DNA of 62,476 nucleotides from Alphaproteobacteria bacterium (GCA_031550205.1 JAVBOV010000040.1:1-62476), one strand, 5' to 3'; positions 44,505 to 54,339 are shown, counted from the stretch's first letter. Notes: generated by a model from the sequence alone, not told the origin. Numbers and translations: made by a program.

Positions 44505-46110
44505 AATACAAAAATTCGGACTGGGAGCTTTAATTGTTGCTTTTGCCGCATCTTGTTCCATGTCTACCAGCATGGATGCCAACATGGAGCGTGAAGCCTC
44601 GGCTGCCGTTGCGCTGAAGGAGGAGTCAAAAATTCCTTCCAAGCCCACGGAAAACGACGTTATTCATGTTAAGGACGACATATATCTCGGCAACAAGAGT
44701 GATGTTGAATTTGAGGGCGAACAGGTTCCGCAATATTTGGAGAAGCCGGACGGTATTACCTTAATCAGCAATCGCCCGGTTACTTTGTATGAGATCGGCG
44801 ACATGATTAACAAGACCACCAATTTGAAGGTCAGATACGCTCCGCAGCTTGAGGGAGACGTTGTTAAAAGCGGTGCGGAAAACAAACCGACCGACGATAT
44901 GATCGGCAACGACTGGACAACTCCGGATAAAATGCTGCTTTCTTACAAAGGCCCTTTAAGCGGCCTTTTGGATGAGGTTTGCACCCGTTTCGGCATTTGG
45001 TGGAAGTATGAAAAAAGAGAACTTTATTTTTATAAATATGAAACTAAAACCTTCGTAATTTACAGTCTGCCTTCCAAACCAAGTTTAACGGCAACCGTCG
45101 GCGGAAAATCTTCAGGCAAGGAAGGCGGTTCAACCATCAATCTTTCAAATGCGGTTGATATTGAGCTGTGGTCTAATATTGAAAAATCCATCATTTCAAT
45201 GATTGACAAAGATTCAAAACTTACAGTTGACCCGGGCAACGGCACCATTTCTTTGACCGCCACACCAAACGATATTGCGAAGGTCGCCAAATTTGTTAAT
45301 GAACAAAATGTGCGCCTGTCAAGGCAGGTGGCAATTTCCGTTAAGGTGTTGCAGGTTGCGGTTAACGACACCGACTCATATGCTTTAAGTGCCAACGCGT
45401 TGTTTAAAGATTCTTCAGGAACTTCGGTGGGCATTCGTTCCGTTGCGGCTTCAAGCTCAATTGGTTCAGGCATGGTTCAAAATCTGAGTATGGCGATTGC
45501 TCCGGGCAACTGGAATATTGACGCGGCAATTCAGGCTTTGTCCACTCAGTCAACCGTTAATATTGTGACCAGCGGCACGGTAACGACGCTTAATAATAAA
45601 CCGGCGCCGATACAAGTGGTGCGCTCCGAAAATTATATTGCCGAAGTTACCAAAACAAACAGCGGCGGAGACGGAAACTTTTATGATATTTCCATTGAAA
45701 TGGAACAAATTGAGACCGGATTTACCATGAACGTTTTACCGCGTATTTTGGAACACGGCAGGCTTTTGATGATGTTCAATCTGACTTTGTCCGACTTGTT
45801 GGCTTTGGAAAAGGTTTATCTTGACGATCCTACAGTTAACAGCAGTTCAAGCGGTCAATATGTGCAGAACCCGATTATTGAATCGCGCGGGTTTACTCAG
45901 GAGGTTGCTTTAAAATCCGGAGAGTCTTTGATTTTGACCGGTTATGAAAAGAATTCCGGAGATGTTGAGAAAACAGGATTAGGTTCCGTTGACAACTCTT
46001 TGCTCGGAGGTTCAGCCGTGGCCGAGAAAAAGAGAAACATTCTGGTAATCATTCTGACTCCCGTGGTTTTAGCATCGCCATTAGCCCCTGAATCAAGAAT
46101 GAATTATTAA
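44491..46110 (+). CDS. Secretin-family outer-membrane lipoprotein (PilN/BfpB/TcpC type)
   Basis: A GGAGGA RBS lies 5 nt before ATG 44491. Lipobox LIVAFAASC. Secretin domain onset NVRLSRQVAISVKVLQVAVNDTDSY. C-terminal end KRNILVIILTPVVL. Confidence 0.75.
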   Translation: MHMNKIQKFGLGALIVAFAASCSMSTSMDANMEREASAAVALKEESKIPSKPTENDVIHVKDDIYLGNKSDVEFEGEQVPQYLEKPDGITLISNRPVTLYEIGDMINKTTNLKVRYAPQLEGDVVKSGAENKPTDDMIGNDWTTPDKMLLSYKGPLSGLLDEVCTRFGIWWKYEKRELYFYKYETKTFVIYSLPSKPSLTATVGGKSSGKEGGSTINLSNAVDIELWSNIEKSIISMIDKDSKLTVDPGNGTISLTATPNDIAKVAKFVNEQNVRLSRQVAISVKVLQVAVNDTDSYALSANALFKDSSGTSVGIRSVAASSSIGSGMVQNLSMAIAPGNWNIDAAIQALSTQSTVNIVTSGTVTTLNNKPAPIQVVRSENYIAEVTKTNSGGDGNFYDISIEMEQIETGFTMNVLPRILEHGRLLMMFNLTLSDLLALEKVYLDDPTVNSSSSGQYVQNPIIESRGFTQEVALKSGESLILTGYEKNSGDVEKTGLGSVDNSLLGGSAVAEKKRNILVIILTPVVLASPLAPESRMNY

Positions 46111-46131
46111 ATATAAAAAGGATTAAAAGTT

Positions 46132-47412
46132 TTGCTTGAAGAGGCTAAATTACTAGAAGAAGATTTTGACAAGGTAGCAGCCAACCGCTCTTGGGCTTCC
46201 AGGTTTATCTTGGACGGCGTTGCCTATGCCACATCTTTGTTCTGGCAGCCTCTGCAAAATAAGGAAGACCCTTATTTGGAAGTGGGCGAAGCGGCCGAGG
46301 GAATTTTGGAAGGCGCGGATTTATTCTGCATTAAGCCCGGAAAGTCTGCCCAGTTCGGCATCTGCGTTTCTCAAGAAGGATATAAGGTCGGAGAGAATGT
46401 GGCGGCAGTTGCTTTGGCCACCGCAATGTCCAACAAGTCTTCTTTTGTGGCCGTGTTTAAGGTTGAGGGCGGATGGTGGTATACCTGCATTAGAAACGAC
46501 ATTATTCTTTCCGACGGCGATATGCTCTTTTTGAATGAAGAGGAAGCCAAAAATCAGTTTATGTCGATGCTGGCAGTGCCGGATTGGGGTGCCAAGATTG
46601 CTCCGCCGGAATGGAATATTGAGGAAACCGATTATCCTGATTTGTCGGCACTGTTAGGCAAAGGCGAGATTGCCAAGCTGCAAAAAATTAAAGCAATTAG
46701 AGGAACCAAGCTCCTGATTGTGGTTGCAGTATCGGCAGTGGTCGGTTTGTGGCTTATTTCAAGCATCTTCAGCGCCATTTTTACGGCAAAGCCAAAAGCC
46801 CCGATTGTGGCGCCGGTGGCGCCGAAATCGGTTAAAAAGGTTGAACCGCCCCCTCCGGAGCCCAAACCCTGGGAAGCTTTAAGCGAACCGGATAAAGTTA
46901 TGGTGCAGTGTTATGACAGGATTTTGGCTTTGGTCAACATATTGCCTCCGGGGTGGAAAATTGCTCCGTTATCCTGCTCAGCCGGCGGAGCCACAACCTC
47001 GTGGAAATTGGAAGTGGGCCGCATTACGTGGGGCCTGAAGGCTTTGGATGATTCCGGAGTTAATTTTTCGGCGCGTTCGCTTTCCGATGACGGCAAGACG
47101 ATGATGGCAACCACTCCTTTGGAAAGCATTAAGAAAGTCAATTCTCCGCCTTCCATGCGCCAAAAAGACTTAAGAGATACTTTAAACGACTTGTTTCAGG
47201 CTTTGGGGCAGGATGTTACATTAACAAACCATTCTTATACTTCGCCGCAGAAAAATACGTATCGCTCGGTTAAATTTAAGATTTCTTCCATTCAAAACCC
47301 GATGGTGTGGAATGATTTGTTAACAAAATTTTCAGGACTTGAGATTAGTATGATAAAATATAACGTGGACACTAAAATTTGGGAATATGAGGGGACAATC
47401 TATGCATTATAA
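46132..47412 (+). CDS. Pilus assembly accessory protein (PilO of R64-type clusters, by size and position)
   Basis: 426 aa, TTG start. One central TM (LLIVVAVSAVVGLWLISSIFSAIF). Follows the secretin gene as pilO does in R64-type clusters. No diagnostic motif recognised. Confidence 0.35.
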   Translation: MLEEAKLLEEDFDKVAANRSWASRFILDGVAYATSLFWQPLQNKEDPYLEVGEAAEGILEGADLFCIKPGKSAQFGICVSQEGYKVGENVAAVALATAMSNKSSFVAVFKVEGGWWYTCIRNDIILSDGDMLFLNEEEAKNQFMSMLAVPDWGAKIAPPEWNIEETDYPDLSALLGKGEIAKLQKIKAIRGTKLLIVVAVSAVVGLWLISSIFSAIFTAKPKAPIVAPVAPKSVKKVEPPPPEPKPWEALSEPDKVMVQCYDRILALVNILPPGWKIAPLSCSAGGATTSWKLEVGRITWGLKALDDSGVNFSARSLSDDGKTMMATTPLESIKKVNSPPSMRQKDLRDTLNDLFQALGQDVTLTNHSYTSPQKNTYRSVKFKISSIQNPMVWNDLLTKFSGLEISMIKYNVDTKIWEYEGTIYAL

Positions 47413-48775
47413 TATTCGATCATTTTTGTGCAGCACCTCTTTGGCTTTGATTATCGGCTTGGCATCAGGGCAAAATGCGCTTGCACAAGGTAATGTTTCT
47501 TTGGTTGAAGACGGATTGCCTAATATTGAAATTGAAAAAGAAGCCGGAAACATGGGGCTTGATAACAGCGCAGCGGTTCCGGCCGCCGCCGATGCCGCAG
47601 CAGTGAGCGTTGAGACCCAGGCTGCCTCGGTTGAGCTGGTTGTTCCCGCAGCGAGTGACCCTATTCCGCCGGCTGATGATTTGTTTGCCGGCTCCGATGC
47701 CTCAGGCTTGGCCACAGCTCCGGCTCAGGCACACCCGATGACGGAAAAAATAGAGATTGTAACCGAAACCACCTCGGTTGATCAGCCTTTGCTTACCGAC
47801 GAAAAACTGGGCGACGTTATTTTGAGTCAGACCAGCAACGAGATGTTTGCAAGAATGTCCGAGCTGGAAAGACAGACCGCTCTTTTGACTTTGGAACTGC
47901 GCCGTGAAAAAATTAAGAACGAAATTGACGCGTTAAAAGCACAGCGCAAGAAGGCAGAGCAAGAGGAAATTGCCGCCAGAGAAGAAGAAGAGCGCAAAAA
48001 AATCGAATGGAAAAATAAGCAGGAAAAAGCCTTGCTGGAAGAAAAACAGAAGCTGAAAGAAAAAGAAATTGTGCTGGAAAAGTTAAGACAGCAGAAGATT
48101 TTGCAGGCTTATAAGGAAACCATGCTTTTGGAAAATCAGAAATGGATTGAAAGCAACGAGAAGTTTTATGCCGAGCTGATGGAAAACGACAAGAGCAGAG
48201 AAGCGCTTTTGGAAGATGCCAAGACCAAGCTTGCTCATTTGGGCGGCGTGGCCAACCAAATTAATGACGCGGCCAATGCTGCCAAGCTGAATTATCAAAG
48301 AGAGATTGCCAACATTAATTCTCAGCTGGATATTTTCAAATCAAGACTGGAAGCTGCCGAAGTTGAGAAAAGCACTTCAAAAACCAATCCGTTCTCCGAT
48401 ATTGCATTGAGCAGCGAACCTTTGGAAGAAAAAATAAGCCAGAAATATTCCATTGTTGAAATCAGAGGCCAGGGAGATGAGATTGTGGCCAAGCTGAAAA
48501 ACAAGGAAGGCGTGGCGTTCACGGTTAAAAGGGGCACCAAGCTGCAAAGCGGACACGTTATTGACGAGATTGAACAAACTTATATAAGAGCCGATAAAGG
48601 CGGGTATAAAGACTTTATTTATTTCTCTTCAGGCGGCGTGATTGACCAAGAACCGAATGAAGCCTTTGTTCCGAAGATCAGCGTTTCCGAAGAGAAAAAA
48701 GAGGCCACGACCGAAAGTAACTCCGTCGGCGGCAGCGGAATTCCTAATCTGTGGGACGGAATGTTTGTGAAATAA
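47402..48775 (+). CDS. Pilus assembly protein, PilP-like C-terminal domain preceded by a coiled coil
   Basis: ATG 47402 follows GAGGGGA. Signal/anchor LCSTSLALIIGLASGQNALA. K/E coiled coil. C-terminus YSIVEIRGQGDEIVAKLKNKEGVAFTVKRGTKLQSGHVIDEIEQTYIRA follows a PilP-like pattern. Confidence 0.35.
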   Translation: MHYNIRSFLCSTSLALIIGLASGQNALAQGNVSLVEDGLPNIEIEKEAGNMGLDNSAAVPAAADAAAVSVETQAASVELVVPAASDPIPPADDLFAGSDASGLATAPAQAHPMTEKIEIVTETTSVDQPLLTDEKLGDVILSQTSNEMFARMSELERQTALLTLELRREKIKNEIDALKAQRKKAEQEEIAAREEEERKKIEWKNKQEKALLEEKQKLKEKEIVLEKLRQQKILQAYKETMLLENQKWIESNEKFYAELMENDKSREALLEDAKTKLAHLGGVANQINDAANAAKLNYQREIANINSQLDIFKSRLEAAEVEKSTSKTNPFSDIALSSEPLEEKISQKYSIVEIRGQGDEIVAKLKNKEGVAFTVKRGTKLQSGHVIDEIEQTYIRADKGGYKDFIYFSSGGVIDQEPNEAFVPKISVSEEKKEATTESNSVGGSGIPNLWDGMFVK

Positions 48776-48794
48776 GTTCTTAAGTTAAGAAACG

Positions 48795-50504
48795 ATGGCT
48801 AATGAAAATGAAACAGATGTAAAAAAAACCAAAGCAGATGATGTTGAACAACTATCATCTGCTGCCATTGTTGCAGAGCCGGAAGGCAAAAAAGAAGATT
48901 TGCAGAAAAATGAGACAAAGGCCGAAGAAAAGTCCACCACCGGCAATGCGCTTTTAGATAAATATTATCATCACAACAACAAACTTTTGACCCTGCCGGG
49001 TTCGTCGCTGGTGATTAATGACGACACCAGAAGGCTTTTGGCCTTGTTTTCAGACGGGCTGTTTGTGGTTTCCGAAAACCACAAGTTTGACGGCCGCGTG
49101 CTCAGCTTTGAAGTGCTGGCTCGGAAAAGAAAATTTAATATCAACAAGCCCAAATATGTTTCTCAAAATGAGTTGACCGCCATTTATTCTTACGGCGAGC
49201 GCGCTCAGGTTTCCACCGATGATGCAGACCTTGACCAACTGCAAATGCAGAAGGACTTTGTCAACGTTATCGGCAGAGCCGCTGCGCAAAAGGTTTCAGA
49301 TATTCATGTGGTGGTGGCAAACAATACGCAAATTATGTTCAGAGCCAACGGTACCATGCAGGTGGTGATGGAATATAATAAAGACTGGGGCGAATCTTTT
49401 GTGCGTGCGGCTTTTGCCTCTTCGGATATTTCAGATTCAAACTATGCGCAAAACGAGTTTCAGGCGGCGCAAAAACTGGGTTCAACGCCGCTTAGAGGCT
49501 CAAAGGGAAAATTGATGCTGCCGCACAATGTGCTGGCCATTCGTCTGCAGTTTAATCCGGTGGCGTTCGGCTCGCAATATTTGGTAATGCGTCTTTTGTA
49601 CGGCGATGATAACCCCGACGGCAGCGGCGATTTGGCATCGTTAGGTTTCGGGCAATTTGAAGAAGACTTGTTTTACCGCCTGCGGGCTGTGCCGATTGGG
49701 CTGAACATTGTGGCGGGACCCACCGGTTCAGGCAAGTCTACAACTTTGCAAAGAAACATGATTAAGCTTTTGCAGGAAAAAAATTATGAGCTTAATCTGA
49801 TTACGGTGGAAGACCCGCCGGAGTACCCAATTCCCGGCGCCAGACAAATGCCGGTGACAAACGCCAACACCGAAGAGGAAAAGGACGAGCAGTTTACCAA
49901 AGCCTTATCCGCCGCTTTGCGTTCTGACCCGGACGTGATGATGGTGGGCGAAATTCGTTCACTCTCTGCCGCACAGTTAACTTTTAAGGGCGCACTTTCC
50001 GGTCACGGGGTGTGGTCCACTTTGCACGCGAACTCGGCGCCGGCGATCATTACGCGCTTCAGGGACATGGGCGTGGAACCGTTTATGCTGGCAGACCCGG
50101 AGCTGATTAAGGGGCTGGTTTCGCAGCGGTTGTTCAGAAAACTTTGTCCGCACTGCCGGAAATCGGTTAAAGATATGACGGATGCGCCGCAGGTTAAACG
50201 CCTGCGCACCGCGCTTGGAGATTTTGGAGTGGAAAACACTTATGTGCGCGGCCCGGGATGCAAGTTTTGCGACGGGCTTGGCATTAAGGGCAGAATGTGC
50301 GTACCGGAAATTATTCTGCCGGATGCAAAATTTTTGGAAATGCTGATTAAGAACGAGACCAGAAAGGCAATTGACTATTGGACTGGGGATTTAAACGGAA
50401 GAACCTTGAAAGAAGCTGCAATTGAGCGTATGCTCAAGGGATATATTGATTTGGACGAAGTTGAGAGATGGTGCGGACTTCTTGACCAGCGCTCGGTTTA
50501 TTAG
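48795..50504 (+). CDS. GspE/PilB-family pilus assembly ATPase (PilQ/BfpD/TcpT type)
   Basis: 569 aa. Walker A GPTGSGKST, Asp box VEDPPEYPIPG, Walker B DPDVMMVGEIRS, His box GHGVWSTLHANSA, tetracysteine CPHC...CKFC. Confidence 0.9.
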   Translation: MANENETDVKKTKADDVEQLSSAAIVAEPEGKKEDLQKNETKAEEKSTTGNALLDKYYHHNNKLLTLPGSSLVINDDTRRLLALFSDGLFVVSENHKFDGRVLSFEVLARKRKFNINKPKYVSQNELTAIYSYGERAQVSTDDADLDQLQMQKDFVNVIGRAAAQKVSDIHVVVANNTQIMFRANGTMQVVMEYNKDWGESFVRAAFASSDISDSNYAQNEFQAAQKLGSTPLRGSKGKLMLPHNVLAIRLQFNPVAFGSQYLVMRLLYGDDNPDGSGDLASLGFGQFEEDLFYRLRAVPIGLNIVAGPTGSGKSTTLQRNMIKLLQEKNYELNLITVEDPPEYPIPGARQMPVTNANTEEEKDEQFTKALSAALRSDPDVMMVGEIRSLSAAQLTFKGALSGHGVWSTLHANSAPAIITRFRDMGVEPFMLADPELIKGLVSQRLFRKLCPHCRKSVKDMTDAPQVKRLRTALGDFGVENTYVRGPGCKFCDGLGIKGRMCVPEIILPDAKFLEMLIKNETRKAIDYWTGDLNGRTLKEAAIERMLKGYIDLDEVERWCGLLDQRSVY

Positions 50505-50514
50505 GAGAGATTGA

Positions 50515-51639
50515 ATGGCAGAAGAGAAAAAAAGAAAAAGCGGAAGTTCTTTAGACAAGGCCATGAAAAAACTTGGCAACATTGAGGTTACTTATGCCAA
50601 GATACTTTGCAATTTTTCCAACTCCACCCGCTTAAAAATTTATCGCAAAATTGCGTCTTTAATGCGCAACCGCTTTTCTTTGATGAATGCCTTAGACATG
50701 CTGCACGACGGCGTTACCAACGGCGGAAAAAATCCTTCCGAGCCGATTGCCATTGCCATTGCGTCGTGGGCCAAGGCTCTGCAAAACGGTTTGACTTTTT
50801 CCGACGCGCTAAAAGGCTGGGCACCTGACCGCGAACGCCTGATGCTCTCGGTGGGCGACGTTTCAGACCTTGAGGGCGCGCTGATGAACCTGATTAAGGT
50901 GACCGAAGGCTCAACCAAAATGACCAGGCCGATTATCGGGGCAACCGCGTATCCTTCGTTTTTGTTTATGATGTCGGTTTTGATTGTTTACGGCATCGGC
51001 GTTTATATGGTGCCGCCGATGGTGGAGGCTGCGCCGGGCATTAAATGGAAAGGCCAGGCCGAAACATTGGTCGGCGTTTCAAACTGGATTTCTAAAAACT
51101 GGGCGGTGGCGTTTGCCATGCTGCCGGTGGTTGGCACGGTGATTTATTGCACGCTCGGCATTTGGACCGGAAAGGTCAGAGCTTTTTTTGACAAACTGCC
51201 GCCGTGGTCTTTGTATAAAATCTTTGTGGGAATCAGCTGGCTGTTGGCGCTTTCTGCTTTGGTTAAGGGCGGCACGCCGCTTTCAACCGCTTTGCGCGCA
51301 CTGCGCAGAGACGCCACAAAATATCTTAAGGAAAGAATCGACAAAGCTTTGGTGTTCATTAATAACGGCGATAACTTGGGTTTGGCGCTGTTAAAAACCG
51401 GACTGGATTTTCCGGACAGAGAGATTATTCAGGATTTGAAAGTGTATTCAGAGTTGGATAACTTTGAAGAGGCTTTGGATAAGCTGGCCAACGAGTGGCT
51501 TGAAGAATCGGTTTATATGATTGAGCAGAGAGCATCAATGCTCAACATGGTGGCCATTTTGTCGGTGGGCGGCGTGATTGCCTGGGCGGTTTTGGGCGTG
51601 TTTGACATGCAAGACCAGATTACGGCAACGTTCGGATAA
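50515..51639 (+). CDS. GspF/PilC-family inner-membrane platform protein
   Basis: 374 aa. Two cytoplasmic helical repeats separated by hydrophobic helices (AYPSFLFMMSVLIVYGIGVYMV; AVAFAMLPVVGTVIYCTLGIW; MLNMVAILSVGGVIAWAVLGVF). Immediately follows the ATPase gene. Confidence 0.8.
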   Translation: MAEEKKRKSGSSLDKAMKKLGNIEVTYAKILCNFSNSTRLKIYRKIASLMRNRFSLMNALDMLHDGVTNGGKNPSEPIAIAIASWAKALQNGLTFSDALKGWAPDRERLMLSVGDVSDLEGALMNLIKVTEGSTKMTRPIIGATAYPSFLFMMSVLIVYGIGVYMVPPMVEAAPGIKWKGQAETLVGVSNWISKNWAVAFAMLPVVGTVIYCTLGIWTGKVRAFFDKLPPWSLYKIFVGISWLLALSALVKGGTPLSTALRALRRDATKYLKERIDKALVFINNGDNLGLALLKTGLDFPDREIIQDLKVYSELDNFEEALDKLANEWLEESVYMIEQRASMLNMVAILSVGGVIAWAVLGVFDMQDQITATFG

Positions 51640-51645
51640 ACGGTC

Positions 51646-52215
51646 ATGAAAAAAGTTAAAAAAAATTCTAAGCAATTTTCGATTTTAGATTTTAGATTTT
51701 TGATTGCAGCAGTATTGTTTGCTATAATGTTGGTCTTGGCTTGGGTGTTTTCAGGAACGGATAAAAAATTTGTGCAAGCAGGAGAAGAACTGTTTGCTCT
51801 CAGCAATAAGGTGAGAGTATATTACAGCAATCGTCCCGATTATTGGGGATTAAACACACAAAAGGTTTTGTCTGACAAAATACTTGATGATAGTTTGGCG
51901 AAAGATGCTAAGATTATCGGCGTTTTGGGAAACGAGATTATTATCGGCCAAGGAATCGAAGGCAATGTTACAATGCCCAGAGTTAAGAGCTTTGATGTGG
52001 TTTACAAGAACTTGAGCAAAACGCAGTGCAGAGCCTTGGCGGCAATGAAGATGGACGAGAAGCAGGCTTTGGGGCTTTTGAGCGTGACGATTAATAACGG
52101 ACTGGAAGCTAAGGTTTTTGCATGGGGAATTGATACGAATCCGCTGCCGGTGTCTTATTCCAACGCCAAAAAACTTTGCAATGACAACAGTGATATTATT
52201 TGGAAATTTGAATGA
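51646..52215 (+). CDS. Pilin-like protein with a degenerate class III signal
   Basis: 189 aa. The N-terminus KQFSILDFRFLIAAVLFAIMLVLAW aligns with GRSMIEMLGVLAIVGVLS of the pilins, but has Q at the -1 position in place of G and D at +5 in place of E. The C-terminal Cys pair and end motif CNDNSDIIWKFE parallel CGEKNTVTWFYK and CDATNNITWYFN. Confidence 0.5.
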   Translation: MKKVKKNSKQFSILDFRFLIAAVLFAIMLVLAWVFSGTDKKFVQAGEELFALSNKVRVYYSNRPDYWGLNTQKVLSDKILDDSLAKDAKIIGVLGNEIIIGQGIEGNVTMPRVKSFDVVYKNLSKTQCRALAAMKMDEKQALGLLSVTINNGLEAKVFAWGIDTNPLPVSYSNAKKLCNDNSDIIWKFE

Positions 52216-52856
52216 TGAAAAAAAGAATGATGAGATTGCCGCGCTGCGCTCGCAATGACGAATTTATGGAGAGCGGGCGTTCGATGATTGAGATGCTGGC
52301 AGTGCTGGCAATTGTCGGTGTGCTTTCGGCCGGGGGAATCGTGGGTTATTCCAAAGCAATGGAAAAGTTTAAGGCGTATAAAACCAACGCCACAGTTTCA
52401 ATGATTATGGCTAATGTGAGGACGGCATACTCCAAGCTGAATGATTTCAGCGGGCTGGATACAACAATGGCGGCAAAGTTAAATATTATTTCAAAAGACA
52501 TGATGAACTCCGATAACACAAAAATTGTAAACCCTTTTAAAGGCTTGGGGTTGGTTGGCGCAGTTGATTTAAACGCGGCAGATGGTGGCAAAGAGAAAGG
52601 GGCTTTTGCAATTTCTTTTGACGGAATCGGCAGGAAATATTGCAATGAAGTTATATCTTCGAATTGGGGAGACCTAGAGGAGTTTGTGGGTATATTGATT
52701 GATGATACAGATGCAGGTGCGACAATTCCCTCTGAGGCCATAGCTTCTGGTACTTTGACCAATGGTGAGATAGGCTCTAAATATTTTCCGCTGCCGCCGA
52801 CAAGCGTGCTTGAACTTTGCGGAGAGAAAAATACGGTTACCTGGTTTTATAAATAA
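52212..52856 (+). CDS. Type IV prepilin (pilin paralog)
   Basis: Class III signal G|RSMIEMLAVLAIVGVLSAGG with Glu at +5. C-terminal Cys pair (YCNEV...LELCGEKNTVTWFYK). ATG 52212 overlaps the upstream stop (ATGA) and gives a 21-aa K/R-rich leader partly encoded by the 33-nt repeat element. An alternative start at ATG 52266 gives a 3-aa leader. Confidence 0.8.
   Translation: MMKKRMMRLPRCARNDEFMESGRSMIEMLAVLAIVGVLSAGGIVGYSKAMEKFKAYKTNATVSMIMANVRTAYSKLNDFSGLDTTMAAKLNIISKDMMNSDNTKIVNPFKGLGLVGAVDLNAADGGKEKGAFAISFDGIGRKYCNEVISSNWGDLEEFVGILIDDTDAGATIPSEAIASGTLTNGEIGSKYFPLPPTSVLELCGEKNTVTWFYK
52229..52261. repeat. 33-nt palindromic element, copy 2 (identical to 9329..9361), inside the prepilin leader region
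   Basis: GATGAGATTGCCGCGCTGCGCTCGCAATGACGA. Translates in-frame as ..MRLPRCARNDE.. Confidence 0.7.
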
Positions 52857-52940
52857 TTCCCACATAAAGCTTTACCCTTGCGATTATGTTTTTATGTTAT
52901 GCCGTTTTTTTAATGAGGATAGAAATTTCAATTTGGGCAC

Positions 52941-52980
52941 GCCTTGCTTGATGGATTGCGGCTCGGGGGCCGCAATGACA
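52941..52980. repeat. Palindromic element GCCTTGCTTGATGGATTGCGGCTCGGGGGCCGCAATGACA
   Basis: Same module as 9245..9286 and 53452..53492. Lies just upstream of the GIY-YIG gene. Confidence 0.6.
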
Positions 52981-53005
52981 ATATTGAGGCATGGGAGATG
53001 GTTTA

Positions 53006-53290
53006 ATGTATTATGTTTATCTCTTGAGCAGTAAAAAGTATGGGACTATTTATCTTGGGGTTACCAATGATTTGGTTAGAAGAACATATGAGCACAAGAG
53101 CAAAGAGATAAAAGGTTTTACCAAGAAATATGATGTTATGAGGCTGGTTTATTTTGAGAGGTTTGAAACTATCGAATCTGCAATATTGAGAGAAAAGCAA
53201 ATTAAAAATTGGAAGAGGCAGTGGAAGATAGATTTGATAGAAAAAGACAATCCGCATTGGGTTGATTTGTATAGTGATATAATTAAGTAA
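53006..53290 (+). CDS. GIY-YIG nuclease superfamily protein (small stand-alone type)
   Basis: MYYVYLLSSKKYGTIYLGVTNDLVRRTYEHK...REKQIKNWKR matches the GIY..YIG..R..H..E..N pattern. An alternative start lies at 52991. AT-rich. Flanked by palindromic elements. Confidence 0.8.
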   Translation: MYYVYLLSSKKYGTIYLGVTNDLVRRTYEHKSKEIKGFTKKYDVMRLVYFERFETIESAILREKQIKNWKRQWKIDLIEKDNPHWVDLYSDIIK

Positions 53291-53356
53291 GAGACTGGAA
53301 AGAAGTCAGACGTGAAGCTCCACTGGCTAAAGCCGGTGGCTTCTGTTCTTGCACGA

Positions 53357-53492
53357 GTCATTGCGGTCTTGACCCGCAATCTATTGAGAAAGGCTTGCCC
53401 AACCGGATGTTTGTTGCCTATGGGAAAACCGATATACTCTAAAAACATAATCTGCCTTGCTTGATGGATTGCGGCTCAAGGCCGCAATGACA
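53357..53492. repeat. Composite palindromic MITE-like element, copy 2
   Basis: GTCATTGCGGTCTTGACCCGCAATCTATTGAGAAAGGCTTGCC (53357..53399) ... CTGCCTTGCTTGATGGATTGCGGCTCAAGGCCGCAATGACA (53452..53492). Same modules and order as 9161..9286. Confidence 0.6.
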
Positions 53493-53674
53493 GTGAGGGC
53501 GAGAAAATTGCGGCTTGGGGGTGTAATGATGGTGTTTGTTTTGGGAAAAATATGCCTCAACAAAACATTAATAATCCTTAGTACAAAAAACATTTTTCAC
53601 TTGTTTATTATTTTTTAACACTTTATACTTATTCTTGTTTTCGTTAGAGATTAACTTTTTTGGAGAAAATTAAT

Positions 53675-54283
53675 ATGAAAAATTTTAATAATCAATCAGG
53701 TCGTTCGATGATTGAAATGCTTGGCGTATTGGCCATCGTTGGCGTATTGTCAGTTGGTGGTATCGCCGGTTATTCTAAAGCTATGGCTAAGTTTAAAATG
53801 TCTAAGACAACAGATCAAGTGTCTATGATGGTGGCAAATGCCAGAACCACTTATGGCAATTCTAATAATTTTTCTGGTTTAGATAATCAGAATGCATGTA
53901 AATTAGGAATTATTCCTTCTGAAATGTTAAAGGATAAGGCATGTGTTGCCTCTGCTATTGATACAAATGCTTACTCTGGAGAAATGCTGATTGAATCTGT
54001 CGATGGTGACGCTGCTTTTGGTGTTTTATTGAATGCTATCCCTAAAGACGCTTGCATTTCTATTGCCAGCTCTGATTGGGGCGGTGATACATCTGCAGGC
54101 TTCTTAGGATTAGAGATTGCAGCAAGTGCTGACCTTACTTCCGGTGGTATACATGGATCAGGACTTCCTACTTGGTCAACAGATAAATCAAGCCCTGTTC
54201 CTGCTAATGATCTTCCTTTGACACCTATTGAAGCAGAAGCCGCTTGTGATGCTACTAATAACATTACTTGGTACTTCAACTAA
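53675..54283 (+). CDS. Type IV prepilin, probable major pilin
   Basis: A GGAG RBS precedes ATG 53675. MKNFNNQSG|RSMIEMLGVLAIVGVLSVGG, with E at +5. C-terminal Cys pair (DACISIA...EAACDATNNITWYFN). Has its own AT-rich upstream region and a strong terminator. Confidence 0.8.
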   Translation: MKNFNNQSGRSMIEMLGVLAIVGVLSVGGIAGYSKAMAKFKMSKTTDQVSMMVANARTTYGNSNNFSGLDNQNACKLGIIPSEMLKDKACVASAIDTNAYSGEMLIESVDGDAAFGVLLNAIPKDACISIASSDWGGDTSAGFLGLEIAASADLTSGGIHGSGLPTWSTDKSSPVPANDLPLTPIEAEAACDATNNITWYFN

Positions 54284-54311
54284 TATAGTTGTCAGTTAAA
54301 AGCAAAAAATT

Positions 54312-54339
54312 GAGCCTCTGTTTGGAGGCTCTTTTTTTT
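54312..54339 (+). terminator. Rho-independent terminator after the pilin gene
   Basis: GAGCCTC (54312..54318), loop TGTTTG, GAGGCTC (54325..54331), then T8. Confidence 0.8.
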
